NCBI GenBank assembly: GCA_043823745.1
Contig: JBDRAN010000003.1
Span: forward strand, 2,958-66,957
DNA from: Candidatus Omnitrophota bacterium
Lineage (GTDB): Bacteria > Omnitrophota > Gorgyraeia > Duberdicusellales > 4484-171
Length of the DNA: 64,000 bases
Reading direction: 5' to 3'
Below the pieces are notes generated by a model. That model had not been told where the DNA came from. It worked only from the letters and a program-made list of their open reading frames with translations, and did not search any database. The translations under genes and the position numbers were made by a program. Numbering within the stretch: the stretch's first letter is position 1; each line of letters starts with the position of its first letter. This document shows positions 28,549-37,756 of the stretch, piece after piece.

Positions 28549-28746
28549 TTTGCGGTGCTTGTAAACCTCGGCAGAGAACGCAGTTCTTTGACGGGTAAAG
28601 CTTAATAGGGAACTCCGTGAAAATCGGAGACACTCCCGGTGCTGTAAAGGAGGACGAACGGCGCAATGATGCCACTATCTCGTGTTACACGGATGGAAAG
28701 GCGCGCCTAGTAGAATGAATCCTATAGTCAGAAGACCTGCCGCAAA
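28549..28746 (+). ncRNA. cobalamin riboswitch (class I)
   Basis: P1 TTTGCGG/CCGCAAA; AATAGGGAA, GTGAAAATC, CCCGGTGCTGTA, GCCACT, GGAAAGGC, AGTCAGAAGACCTGCC (B12 box). Confidence 0.93.
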
Positions 28747-28822
28747 AAAAGTAATCTATTTTTAGGTTTTACGCGGAAATAATAACCTAAATTTTTACTT
28801 TCGGGATAAGAAACCAGGGTGC

Positions 28823-28854
28823 ACCCCGACGCAAATGACGCGTCGGGGTTTTTT
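28823..28854 (+). terminator. expression-platform terminator of the B12 riboswitch
   Basis: ACCCCGACGC-N7-GCGTCGGGGT plus T-run. Confidence 0.8.
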
Positions 28855-28991
28855 AATGAGACAGCAGCTTTTTCAGAGCGAAGCGATAGAAAAACTGCGT
28901 AGTCGAATTAACCCCGTCGAACGCGCCAAAATTATCTTGCGTACAACGTACGCGTGAAAATTTTGGCGTACGCGGTGAGACGGGGTGATGA

Positions 28992-29101
28992 GACAGCCCC
29001 TCTGGGCGTCCCTGGAGGACAGCCCCTCTGGGCGTCCCTGGAGGACAGCCCCTCTGGGCGTCCCTGGAGGACAGCCCCTCTGGGCGTCCCTGGAGGACAG
29101 C
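28992..29101 (+). repeat. tandem repeat of 26 bp, 4 copies plus a partial copy
   Basis: GACAGCCCCTCTGGGCGTCCCTGGAG at 28992, 29018, 29044 and 29070. Confidence 0.95.
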
Positions 29102-29552
29102 AGCGTTTTCAGAGCGACGCGATAGAAAATTACCCTAAGGAAAGTTTAACCCAAATTTTTCATTAGAAAAATTTGCCCGACGGGCAGCCCTTTCAAAAGA
29201 AAGGGCTGGGTTAACCCCGCCCCAATTTTATTGAGCGGCGGAGCATTAAGGGAAAACATTGATTCTATTGATTAAGTTTATGTTTAAACAATAACCCCTT
29301 ATTTATAAAATCGGGGCGGCCATCCTTAATATTCATATTAAGGTAGGCAAAACCACAGCCCTTTTCCGAAGGGCTGGGTCCAGCCCATTTACAAATGGGC
29401 TGTGATTTACCTGCACCTTTTTGGTGCGAACTTATTTGTTGCAATAACAACAGTGTACGCAAGTTACAAAGCTTCTGCATTTCTAATGCAAATTTTGGGT
29501 TTAAGGTTATTTGATAGGCGCCATAAAAACATTTAAAGGGGGGGTGATTGGG

Positions 29553-29669
29553 ATGGAGAAGAAACCGCGCAAGATAAAGAAAAACGTTATTGCCTGTCGT
29601 AAAAAGTGTAAAGCGACCGGCGCAGGCTTATCGCATTATGTACTCTTGGAGAAGGAGAATAAATCTTAA
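29553..29669 (+). CDS. cbpA: 38-aa modified-peptide precursor, CbpA-like (absent from the ORF track)
   Basis: MEKKPRKIKKNVIACRKKCKATGAGLSHYVLLEKENKS*; GGGGGTGA SD; stop overlaps the rSAM start (TAATG). Confidence 0.8.
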   Translation: MEKKPRKIKKNVIACRKKCKATGAGLSHYVLLEKENKS

Positions 29670-31069
29670 TGTTGCAAAAAATAATAGGTATGAAAACTCA
29701 AACCTATTTCAATACGGGCGAAGGGGATAGCATCCAACCCATAGACATCGGCCACAGAGATTATACTTGTTTAGTTTCCGCCGATACGGCATTCTGGGCG
29801 CTGGTTAGAAAAGATAGATTGGCCAGCGCCCAGGCCGGCTCGTCGCTCTTAAGCGAATATCGTAAAAAAGCGAAGACCTTCTTGGGCGGAATGAACACGT
29901 TGCGGTTTAAATTAAAACCTTCAGCCGTATATTTTAATCCTACCGACAGATGCAACCTCGATTGTTGTTATTGTTATATTCCCGCAGACTTACGTAAAAA
30001 TGGTACGCATATGTCCGCCCTAAAGCTTTCGAAAGCGCTCGGGATTCTTAAGAATTATTTTAAGCCCAGTCTTTCACGGGGCCAGAAACCTCAGATCATT
30101 TTTCATGGGGCTGAACCACTACTTAATAAACAAGCTGTTTTTACCGCAATAGACAGATATGAGAAAGATTTTCGTTTTGGCATTCAGACGAACGGAACAC
30201 TTTTGGACGGTAACGCGCTGGAATTCTTGACTTCACGAGGCATAAGCATAGGCCTTTCTCTTGATGGTCACATACATAGCGTAGCCGATCGATTGAGACG
30301 GAACTGGAATGGTGAAGGCGTTTCCCGAAAAGTCATTGAGGTGATGAGCCGGCTTAAAGGGTATCGTAATTATTCCGTTATCTGCACCGTAACACGAAAA
30401 AATATGTCCTCACAGGCCAAGATAGTCGAGTTTTTTCATCGCATGGAAGTACCAATGTGCATGCTCAATCCCGTTCGTTGCACGCTCCCCGGCGGCTATA
30501 AGCAAAAGCCATCAGACGAAAAAGCCGCGACGCATTATCTGAAAGCCTTGGATCACGCCTACAATCTCTACCAGAAGTCCAACCGTAAACTGGTGGTGGC
30601 AAACTTCGCGAATGTTCTGATAAGTATTCTCGCGCCCACAGCCAGGCGGCTTATGTGTGATATCTCCCCATGTGGGGCGGGAAGATGTTTCTTCGCAATT
30701 TCGAGCAAGGGTAACATGTTCCCCTGCAGCGAATTTATAGGAATAAAGAAGTTTAGAGGCGGCAATATTTTTAGGGATGATATCCGTGCAGTCTTAAAGA
30801 CGGCGCCGTTCAAATCTGTTACCGAAAGACGCATTGAAGATATTACTCCCTGTTCGCGCTGCGCTATCCGTCATTTTTGCGGTGCGCCATGTCCCGCTGA
30901 AGCTTGGACTATAAACGGCTCAATGGTTTCAAGAGGCGCGTTCTGCAGGTTCTACGAAGAACAGGTACGATACGCGTTTAGAGTAATCGCCGATAATAAA
31001 GAAGGCGCGTACTTATGGGATGAGTGGGATAAGGATACGCTTACGACATTCGATATTACAAGAAAATAA
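29669..31069 (+). CDS. cbpB: peptide-modifying radical SAM/SPASM enzyme, CbpB-like
   Basis: CNLDCCYC (CxxxCxxC), FHGAEPL, SPASM CGAG...FPC...CSRC...FCGAPCP...C. Confidence 0.85.
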   Translation: MLQKIIGMKTQTYFNTGEGDSIQPIDIGHRDYTCLVSADTAFWALVRKDRLASAQAGSSLLSEYRKKAKTFLGGMNTLRFKLKPSAVYFNPTDRCNLDCCYCYIPADLRKNGTHMSALKLSKALGILKNYFKPSLSRGQKPQIIFHGAEPLLNKQAVFTAIDRYEKDFRFGIQTNGTLLDGNALEFLTSRGISIGLSLDGHIHSVADRLRRNWNGEGVSRKVIEVMSRLKGYRNYSVICTVTRKNMSSQAKIVEFFHRMEVPMCMLNPVRCTLPGGYKQKPSDEKAATHYLKALDHAYNLYQKSNRKLVVANFANVLISILAPTARRLMCDISPCGAGRCFFAISSKGNMFPCSEFIGIKKFRGGNIFRDDIRAVLKTAPFKSVTERRIEDITPCSRCAIRHFCGAPCPAEAWTINGSMVSRGAFCRFYEEQVRYAFRVIADNKEGAYLWDEWDKDTLTTFDITRK

Positions 31070-31089
31070 CAGGGATTGAGATTATTTGT

Positions 31090-31731
31090 ATGACAAGATT
31101 AATTTTGATACGTCATGGCGTAACCGAATGGAATAGAGAGAAACGTTACTGCGGCCATAAAGATATAGGTTTAAATAACGAAGGTAAGTCTCAGGTTACG
31201 TTGTTATCTCACAGGCTTAATGCGGTCGGATTCGATAAAGTATATTGCAGCAATAGGAAACGTGCGATACAGACCGCGCGAATACTCTTTAAGCAGATAA
31301 AAATAATCCCGGATCGAGGTTTACGCGAAATCAATTTCGGTGTTCTTGAAGGATTAAAGCATGAAGAAATTATGGAAAAGTACGCAGATATATACAAGAA
31401 GTGGCTAAAGGATCCATTCAAAAACAGAATTCCTAAGGCAGAACCGATGAATGTTTTTAAAAAGAGAATCGAAAACGCCCTGTGGAATATCATCCGAGCT
31501 AATTCCGACAAGACGATTGCCGTTGTTTGCCATGGCGGAGTGATAGGCATGTTTGTGAACGAGATATTGAAGAATAGGAATTTCTGGCGCTACGTGCCAT
31601 CGCCGGCAAGCGTTACGGTAATAGAACATAAGGAAGGAAAGTCTAAATTAAAAAAGTTCAATGACACAACCCATCTTATGGCTTGCCCCGTTAGAAAGAC
31701 GGGGTTTTCTAACGGGGTAAATAATGAGTAA
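31090..31731 (+). CDS. cobC: alpha-ribazole phosphatase (histidine phosphatase)
   Basis: RHG-x-T-x-WN, LREINFG, VCHGG; operon context. Confidence 0.85.
   Translation: MTRLILIRHGVTEWNREKRYCGHKDIGLNNEGKSQVTLLSHRLNAVGFDKVYCSNRKRAIQTARILFKQIKIIPDRGLREINFGVLEGLKHEEIMEKYADIYKKWLKDPFKNRIPKAEPMNVFKKRIENALWNIIRANSDKTIAVVCHGGVIGMFVNEILKNRNFWRYVPSPASVTVIEHKEGKSKLKKFNDTTHLMACPVRKTGFSNGVNNE
31686..31717. repeat. CCCCGTTAGA...TCTAACGGGG palindromic element
   Basis: second copy at 37710-37742; half-site at 22524. Confidence 0.8.
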
Positions 31732-32245
31732 AATGACTTTCATTTTAGGGGGCGCACGGAGCGGTAAGAGTCGATATGCCGCTGAAATAGCGAAAAAGCT
31801 TGGAAAGAAGACGATATTCATCGCTACAGCGGCTGCGCTGGATGATGAGATGAAAGAAAGGATACGCCTTCATAAAATTTCGAGGCCGAAGGGATGGGGC
31901 CTTATTGAGGAACCCATGGATTTAAGCGGTGTTATTGTCGGATTGAAGCCGACATACGATGTGGCAATAATCGACTGCATAGGATTGTGGGTCTGCAATC
32001 TTTTAATGGCCGACATGAAAGACGACGCGATAGAGAAAAGAATAAAGAAGCTGACAGGCAGCATTTTCAAAGCTAAAGCCGGTCTTGTCGTTATAGTATC
32101 AAATGAAGTGGGGGGAGGAATAGTTCCCGCGGATCCGCTATCGAGAAGATTCCGCGATCTGCTTGGGTTAGCGAATCAAATGATAGCGGCGAAAGCAGAA
32201 AGCGTTATTGTGATGCAGGCGGGAATACCGGTGAAAATAAAATAG
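31724..32245 (+). CDS. cobU: adenosylcobinamide kinase / phosphate guanylyltransferase
   Basis: GGARSGKS, EM-x-x-RI-x-x-H, IVSNEVG-x-GIVP, FRD-x-x-G-x-x-NQ. Confidence 0.95.
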   Translation: MSKMTFILGGARSGKSRYAAEIAKKLGKKTIFIATAAALDDEMKERIRLHKISRPKGWGLIEEPMDLSGVIVGLKPTYDVAIIDCIGLWVCNLLMADMKDDAIEKRIKKLTGSIFKAKAGLVVIVSNEVGGGIVPADPLSRRFRDLLGLANQMIAAKAESVIVMQAGIPVKIK

Positions 32246-32390
32246 ATAACACCCGGCCTTATCGCACCTTGGCATAAATGATTGCCAAGTACGCCCTTTC
32301 TGGGCAGGATAGGCCGGTAACGCAGAAAGCGGACACTCGCCCATCCAATTGGGCGAGGTGTGCGCACTTACTGTGCAAGGAGCTAAAATC

Positions 32391-33449
32391 ATGAAATTAT
32401 TGAACGAAACGCTTTCAAAAATTGAAAAAATAAACAATTCACTATCCAAAGAAACTCAAGGTAGGCTCGACAATCTGACCAAACCACAGGGAAGCCTCGG
32501 GAGGCTGGAGGATCTGGCCAAACAGATCGTGGAGATAACAGAAGCTAAAAATCCGAAACTAAAAAATAAGGTTATATTTATAATGGCCGGAGATCATGGT
32601 GTCGTTGAAAATAATGTGAGCGCTTTTCCCCAAGAAGTAACCTCTCAGATGGTATATAATTTTTTAAATGGCGGAGCGGGAATAAATGTGCTGGCAAAAC
32701 ACGTGGGCGCACGAGTCGTTGTCGTTGATATGGGGGTAGTATGCGAGCTTAAGAACAACCAGGCTCTTGTAATAAAAAAGGTAAATTATGGCACAAAAAA
32801 TATGGCAAAGGGCCCTGCGATGTCAAAAGACGAGGCTATCAAATCCATTGAAAATGGCATAGAAGCATTCAAGGGAGAACTGCCGAACGGAATAGATATA
32901 GTTGGGACAGGGGATATGGGTATCGGAAACACTACTCCTTCAAGCGCTGTTGTCTCTGCGATAACCGGACGGAACGTAGAAGAGGTGACGGGCAGGGGCA
33001 CCGGGATCGATGACAAAACCTTGGCCTGCAAAATTGCCGCCATCAAAGAAGCTTTGAACGTAAATAAGCCGGATCCAAAAGACGGAATAGATATCTTGTC
33101 TAAAGTGGGTGGATTCGAGATCGGTGGATTAATAGGAGTAATGCTGGCAGCCGCGGCGCATAGGATACCGGTGGTAATAGACGGATTTATTTCAGGGGCG
33201 GCTGCCTTGATAGCGTATACAATAGAGCCGAAAGCCAAAGATTACATGATAGCTGCCCATTGCTCGGTCGAGCAAGGCCATAAAGCCGCGCTCGCATTCT
33301 TAGGGCTTAAACCCGTCCTTGATTTAAACTTAAGGCTGGGAGAGGGAACCGGAGCGGCATTGGCTATAAACATAATAGAGGCCGGCACTAAAATATTAAA
33401 TGAGATGGCGACGTTTGAAAGCGCCGATGTTTCCAAAAAGGACGAATGA
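32391..33449 (+). CDS. cobT: nicotinate-nucleotide--dimethylbenzimidazole phosphoribosyltransferase
   Basis: LTKP-x-GSLGRLE, GDMGIGNTT, RLGEGTGA. Confidence 0.96.
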   Translation: MKLLNETLSKIEKINNSLSKETQGRLDNLTKPQGSLGRLEDLAKQIVEITEAKNPKLKNKVIFIMAGDHGVVENNVSAFPQEVTSQMVYNFLNGGAGINVLAKHVGARVVVVDMGVVCELKNNQALVIKKVNYGTKNMAKGPAMSKDEAIKSIENGIEAFKGELPNGIDIVGTGDMGIGNTTPSSAVVSAITGRNVEEVTGRGTGIDDKTLACKIAAIKEALNVNKPDPKDGIDILSKVGGFEIGGLIGVMLAAAAHRIPVVIDGFISGAAALIAYTIEPKAKDYMIAAHCSVEQGHKAALAFLGLKPVLDLNLRLGEGTGAALAINIIEAGTKILNEMATFESADVSKKDE

Positions 33450-34189
33450 AAAGATTTCTAATCGCTTTACAGTTTTTAACCATCCTTCCTTTTAGTATTA
33501 AGGGAAAAATAGAAAAGGAAGATTTTGGCAGATCTCTTGTCTATTTTCCAATAGTCGGTCTTTTATTAGGTTTTTTTCTGGCGAGCATAGCTTATATTTC
33601 ATTATCTCTTCCGCCTATGGTTAGAAGCATCTTAATTCTGGTTGTATGGATGGTCATAACCGGCGGAATACATTTAGACGGGTTTGCGGATACCTGCGAC
33701 GGTTTTTACGGAATTCGCCCCAGGGAAGAGATTTTAAAAATAATGCGGGACAGCCGCATCGGAACTATGGGCGCTGCAGGCCTTGCGATGCTCCTACTCT
33801 TTAAATTCGCGATACTCTCGAGCATCCGGCCGGAAGATTTATGGAAGATTTTGGTAATAACGGTAGTATTCGCCCGATGGTCCCAGGTATTTGCCTGCTC
33901 TATGTCCGGATACGCGCGAGATGACGGCAAAGCCAAATATTTTATAGAATATGCGAAGAAGAGTCATATGTTCATAGGAGCTTTATTTATACTACTTCTC
34001 AATGGGTTTCTTATGGGTATAAAAGGCATGATCTTATTCGTTATCTTGTCAGCGGTGATATTTTTATTCATAAAATATGCGGAAAGAAAAATTGGCGGCA
34101 TGACAGGAGATACGATCGGCGCGACGAACGAAATTGCTGAGGCATCGGCGCTAATATTTAGCTTAATATTATTAAATTATAAAATATGA
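33446..34189 (+). CDS. cobS: cobalamin synthase
   Basis: TGG-x-HLDG-x-AD-x-x-DG, MRDSRIG, GGMTGD-x-x-GA. Confidence 0.96.
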   Translation: MKRFLIALQFLTILPFSIKGKIEKEDFGRSLVYFPIVGLLLGFFLASIAYISLSLPPMVRSILILVVWMVITGGIHLDGFADTCDGFYGIRPREEILKIMRDSRIGTMGAAGLAMLLLFKFAILSSIRPEDLWKILVITVVFARWSQVFACSMSGYARDDGKAKYFIEYAKKSHMFIGALFILLLNGFLMGIKGMILFVILSAVIFLFIKYAERKIGGMTGDTIGATNEIAEASALIFSLILLNYKI

Positions 34190-35241
34190 TCGATAAAATT
34201 CATGGCGGAAATTGTTTAAAGCGAAACATCATTGATTTCAGCGTGAACACAAATCCATTGGGTTTACCGAAAGGATTATCCGGTATTATTTCAAAGAATA
34301 CCGATTGTGTCTTGCGTTATCCGGAACCTTCTTCAGAACGATTAAAGCGAAAATTGGCGGCATTGCATGCCGTAGGGCCGGAAAACATCGCCATAGGTAA
34401 CGGTTCCATAGAACTCATCTATCTTGTCCCCAGAGTTTTAAAAATAAAAAATGCGCTTATAATCACGCCAACATTCAGCGAATATGAATTCGCCGTCAAA
34501 TCTAACGGCTCGACGCCTGTATTTTTCAATGTTTGCGAAAAAGACGATTTTAATATTGAGTGCGGCAAGATAGCAAAACGCCTGCCGCGCCGCGGCGCCT
34601 TCTTCTTGTGCAACCCGAATAATCCGACAGGCACCATGCTGCATAGTAATGATGTCCTATTTTTGTCTCGCCTTTCCAGAAAACACAAAAGCCCTTTGAT
34701 ACTCGATGAGGCGTTCATTGAATTCACCGGAGAATCAAAAAGAACAACCATAGTGTCAGAGGCGATTAAAAACGAATTTTTAATTATTTTAAGATCGCTG
34801 ACTAAATTCTTCGCCATGCCGGGCTTAAGGCTGGGGTACGCCATAGGGCATAAAAGGATAATCGAGAAAATCGTTAAACTTCAATATCCATGGAATGTGA
34901 ATGGCCTGGCACAACGTGCGGGGGAAAAGGTCTTGGCTGATAAAGAGTATATTGATCAAACCCGACTGTTTGTCGCCAAAGAACGGCACTATCTGCTCGA
35001 AAGTTTAAATAATATAAAAGGAGTAAAGGCTTATCCATCATTAGCAAACTTCATTTTATGTAAGTTGCACAATGCATCAATCCAAAGCTCCAAAGAATTA
35101 ACCCGGCGATTGTTGTGCAACAACATCTATGTCCGCGACTGTAGCAATTTTAGGGGATTGAGTAATAAGTTTTTCAGGGTAGCGGTAAGAAAAAGAGATG
35201 ATAACGATCTGCTGGTAAATAGTATGAAAAAGGTACTTTGA
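34186..35241 (+). CDS. cobD: L-threonine-O-3-phosphate decarboxylase
   Basis: HGG, DFS-x-N-x-NPLG, CNPNNPTG, RSLTKFFAMPGLRLGY. Confidence 0.92.
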   Translation: MIDKIHGGNCLKRNIIDFSVNTNPLGLPKGLSGIISKNTDCVLRYPEPSSERLKRKLAALHAVGPENIAIGNGSIELIYLVPRVLKIKNALIITPTFSEYEFAVKSNGSTPVFFNVCEKDDFNIECGKIAKRLPRRGAFFLCNPNNPTGTMLHSNDVLFLSRLSRKHKSPLILDEAFIEFTGESKRTTIVSEAIKNEFLIILRSLTKFFAMPGLRLGYAIGHKRIIEKIVKLQYPWNVNGLAQRAGEKVLADKEYIDQTRLFVAKERHYLLESLNNIKGVKAYPSLANFILCKLHNASIQSSKELTRRLLCNNIYVRDCSNFRGLSNKFFRVAVRKRDDNDLLVNSMKKVL

Positions 35242-36767
35242 TGAACCACGCGAAAACACTGCATATCTGCGGGACAGGTTCAGGCGTAGGTAAGAGCGTT
35301 ATTGTGAGCGCTTTGTGCAGGATCCTTTTACAGGATGGCTACAGAGTTTGTCCGTTCAAAGCGCAGAATATGGCCCTCAATTCTTTTGTGACCAAGGAAG
35401 GCGGTGAGATAGGCAGAGCTCAAGCCTTTCAGGCCGAAGCTTGCCGTATTGAGCCACATGTTGACATGAATCCTATATTGATGAAACCTACCGCTGATAA
35501 GCATGCACAAGTGATAGTTCATGGGAAACCCGTAGGAAATATGAGCGCGCTTCGCTATGTGAGTCATAAGAAACGGTTATCTAAAGAGGTGTTTAACTCA
35601 TTCGACAGGCTTAGTAAAAAATATGAATTGATAGTAATGGAGGGCGCCGGAAGTCCTGCCGAGATAAACTTAAAGTCTCACGATATTGTTAATCTCAAAA
35701 TGGCGCGCTACGCCGCCGCGCCTGTGATTTTAGTTGGTGATATTGATAAAGGCGGTGTTTTCGCGTGGCTTGTCGGAACACTTGAGCTACTGGAAAGAGA
35801 AGAACGAAAACAGATAAAAGGGTTTATAATCAATAAATTTAGGGGAGACGCAAAGCTTTTAAAACCCGGAATAGATTTTTTGGAAAAAAGAACGGGCATA
35901 AAAGTCCTTGGAATCATTCCGTACTTTCATCCATCAGGTCGAAATAGCATAAAGATTTCAGAGGAGGATTCAGTACCTCTGGATAATTTTGAAAGTGTAG
36001 ATAGGCCCGCTCGGTGCAAACTTAATATTGATGTAATATATCTTCCGCATATATCTAATTTTACCGATTTTGACGCATTGGAGAGGGAGCCGGATGTAAA
36101 TCTACGGTATATAAAAAGCCCTGAGTCATTAAACAGGGCGGATATTATTATAATTCCTGGTACGAAGAATACGACAAGTGACCTGCGGTATCTAAAGGAA
36201 GCGGGATTCGCAGAAAAGATAAGTAGTGTTATGGGGAATGATAAAACCGCCGTCTTAATAGGAATATGCGGTGGATTTCAGATACTGGGCACAAGGATAC
36301 GTGATCAACACCGAATCGAATCCCGTCAAAAAGAAACAAACGGACTGGGAATATTGGAGATGGAAACGGTCTTCGGCAAAGATAAAGTTCTTTCGCAGGT
36401 TAAAGCAAAAGAAGCATCTTCAGGGTTAGAGGTATCAGGCTATGAGATACACCACGGTAAATCACGAAATATCAGAACTTATATGCCGGCTTTCAACATT
36501 ATAGAACGCAAAGGAAAAGTTGCCCGCGACGCTGATGGTATAGTTGCAATGACTGGCAGGATATATGGAACCTACATACATGGAATATTTGACGCGGATA
36601 CTTTCAGAAGAAATTTTTTAAACAGAATAAGATTAAAAAAAGGATGGAATGTTTTGTCTAATAAGGCCAGCTTTAATCCCGACCGTGAGCTGGATAAGTT
36701 AGCCAACCTTGTTCGGAAGAATATGGACATGAAATATCTCTATAGCGTATTAAAAAACGGAGTCTAG
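35238..36767 (+). CDS. cobQ: cobyric acid synthase
   Basis: GT-x-S-x-x-GKS, PFKAQNMALN, EGAGSPAEINL, GICGG-x-Q, GYEIH. Confidence 0.96.
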   Translation: MMNHAKTLHICGTGSGVGKSVIVSALCRILLQDGYRVCPFKAQNMALNSFVTKEGGEIGRAQAFQAEACRIEPHVDMNPILMKPTADKHAQVIVHGKPVGNMSALRYVSHKKRLSKEVFNSFDRLSKKYELIVMEGAGSPAEINLKSHDIVNLKMARYAAAPVILVGDIDKGGVFAWLVGTLELLEREERKQIKGFIINKFRGDAKLLKPGIDFLEKRTGIKVLGIIPYFHPSGRNSIKISEEDSVPLDNFESVDRPARCKLNIDVIYLPHISNFTDFDALEREPDVNLRYIKSPESLNRADIIIIPGTKNTTSDLRYLKEAGFAEKISSVMGNDKTAVLIGICGGFQILGTRIRDQHRIESRQKETNGLGILEMETVFGKDKVLSQVKAKEASSGLEVSGYEIHHGKSRNIRTYMPAFNIIERKGKVARDADGIVAMTGRIYGTYIHGIFDADTFRRNFLNRIRLKKGWNVLSNKASFNPDRELDKLANLVRKNMDMKYLYSVLKNGV

Positions 36768-36768
36768 G

Positions 36769-37719
36769 ATGCGGATCGTTTATATTCTCGTGTCATATCT
36801 ATTAGACCTCGTATTCGGAGATCCGCCCTCATTTCCGCATCCGGTAAGGGGAATCGGCTGGGTTATCAAGAAATTAGAAGGGCCGTTCAGATATATTGTT
36901 AAAAATGAACGCATAGCCGGCGTTTTTTTCGCCTGTACGATAATAATCTTGATATGGCTCATAACTTTTACGGTAACGCAGACGGCATATTTTTTTAATA
37001 ATTATCTTGGCGCTATTATTTCGATAATCATTATTTATACTTCATTATCGGTAAAGGACCTAGGCATAGAAAGTCTGGCAGTCTTTAGTGCGTTAAAAGA
37101 CGGAAATCTGAATAAAGCGAGGACAGCTCTTTCTAAAATAGTGGGAAGGGATACGTCAAATCTGGACGAATGGGAAATAATAAGGGCTACAGTAGAGACT
37201 GTCGCCGAAAATATCGTTGATGGCATAATCTCGCCTCTATTGTATGCCTTTTTGGGCGGCGCTTCCCTCGCTATGGCATATAAAGCTATTAATACGTTGG
37301 ACTCTATGGTCGGTTATAAAAATAAGCGGTATATAAATTTTGGATGGGCGTCTGCGAAGATCGATGATATTGCTAATTTTATTCCGGCTAGGCTAGGAGT
37401 AATATTTTTGTGTCTGGCAAGTTGGATAAGCGGCCATAATCCCATCAAGGCATGGAATATTGCAATACGTGATGGAGCGAAGAATCCCAGCCCTAATAGC
37501 GGTCTTCCTGAAGCAGCTATTGCCGGCGCCCTTGGAGTTCGATTGGGGGGATTGAATTATTATAATTCGACAGCGGTTCAGAAATCATATATAGGAGATG
37601 ATATTAATTCTTTAGATAAATCACATATAAAAGAAGCCGTCAAGATTGTTTACATCACATCTGGTCTATTTGTAATTACAGGAGCGGTTTTATTCTGGTT
37701 GATATGTAAACCCCGTTAG
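36769..37719 (+). CDS. cbiB: adenosylcobinamide-phosphate synthase
   Basis: GDP...HPV, IVGRDT, AEN-x-x-DG, NTLDSMVGY, SPNSG-x-PEA. Confidence 0.96.
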   Translation: MRIVYILVSYLLDLVFGDPPSFPHPVRGIGWVIKKLEGPFRYIVKNERIAGVFFACTIIILIWLITFTVTQTAYFFNNYLGAIISIIIIYTSLSVKDLGIESLAVFSALKDGNLNKARTALSKIVGRDTSNLDEWEIIRATVETVAENIVDGIISPLLYAFLGGASLAMAYKAINTLDSMVGYKNKRYINFGWASAKIDDIANFIPARLGVIFLCLASWISGHNPIKAWNIAIRDGAKNPSPNSGLPEAAIAGALGVRLGGLNYYNSTAVQKSYIGDDINSLDKSHIKEAVKIVYITSGLFVITGAVLFWLICKPR

Positions 37720-37742
37720 AGAACTTCATTCTCTAACGGGGT
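37710..37742. repeat. ACCCCGTTAGAGAA...TTCTCTAACGGGGT palindromic element
   Basis: 14-bp perfect stem overlapping the cbiB stop codon. Confidence 0.85.
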
Positions 37743-37756
37743 AAAGGGAGACTCTC

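Noticed and set aside
28992-29101. CRISPR array
   Set aside because: The 26-bp units are head-to-tail with no spacers, and there are no cas genes.
28954-29166. 70-aa ORF over the tandem repeat
   Set aside because: It is just a translation of the repeat, has no clear RBS, and lies in the riboswitch leader.
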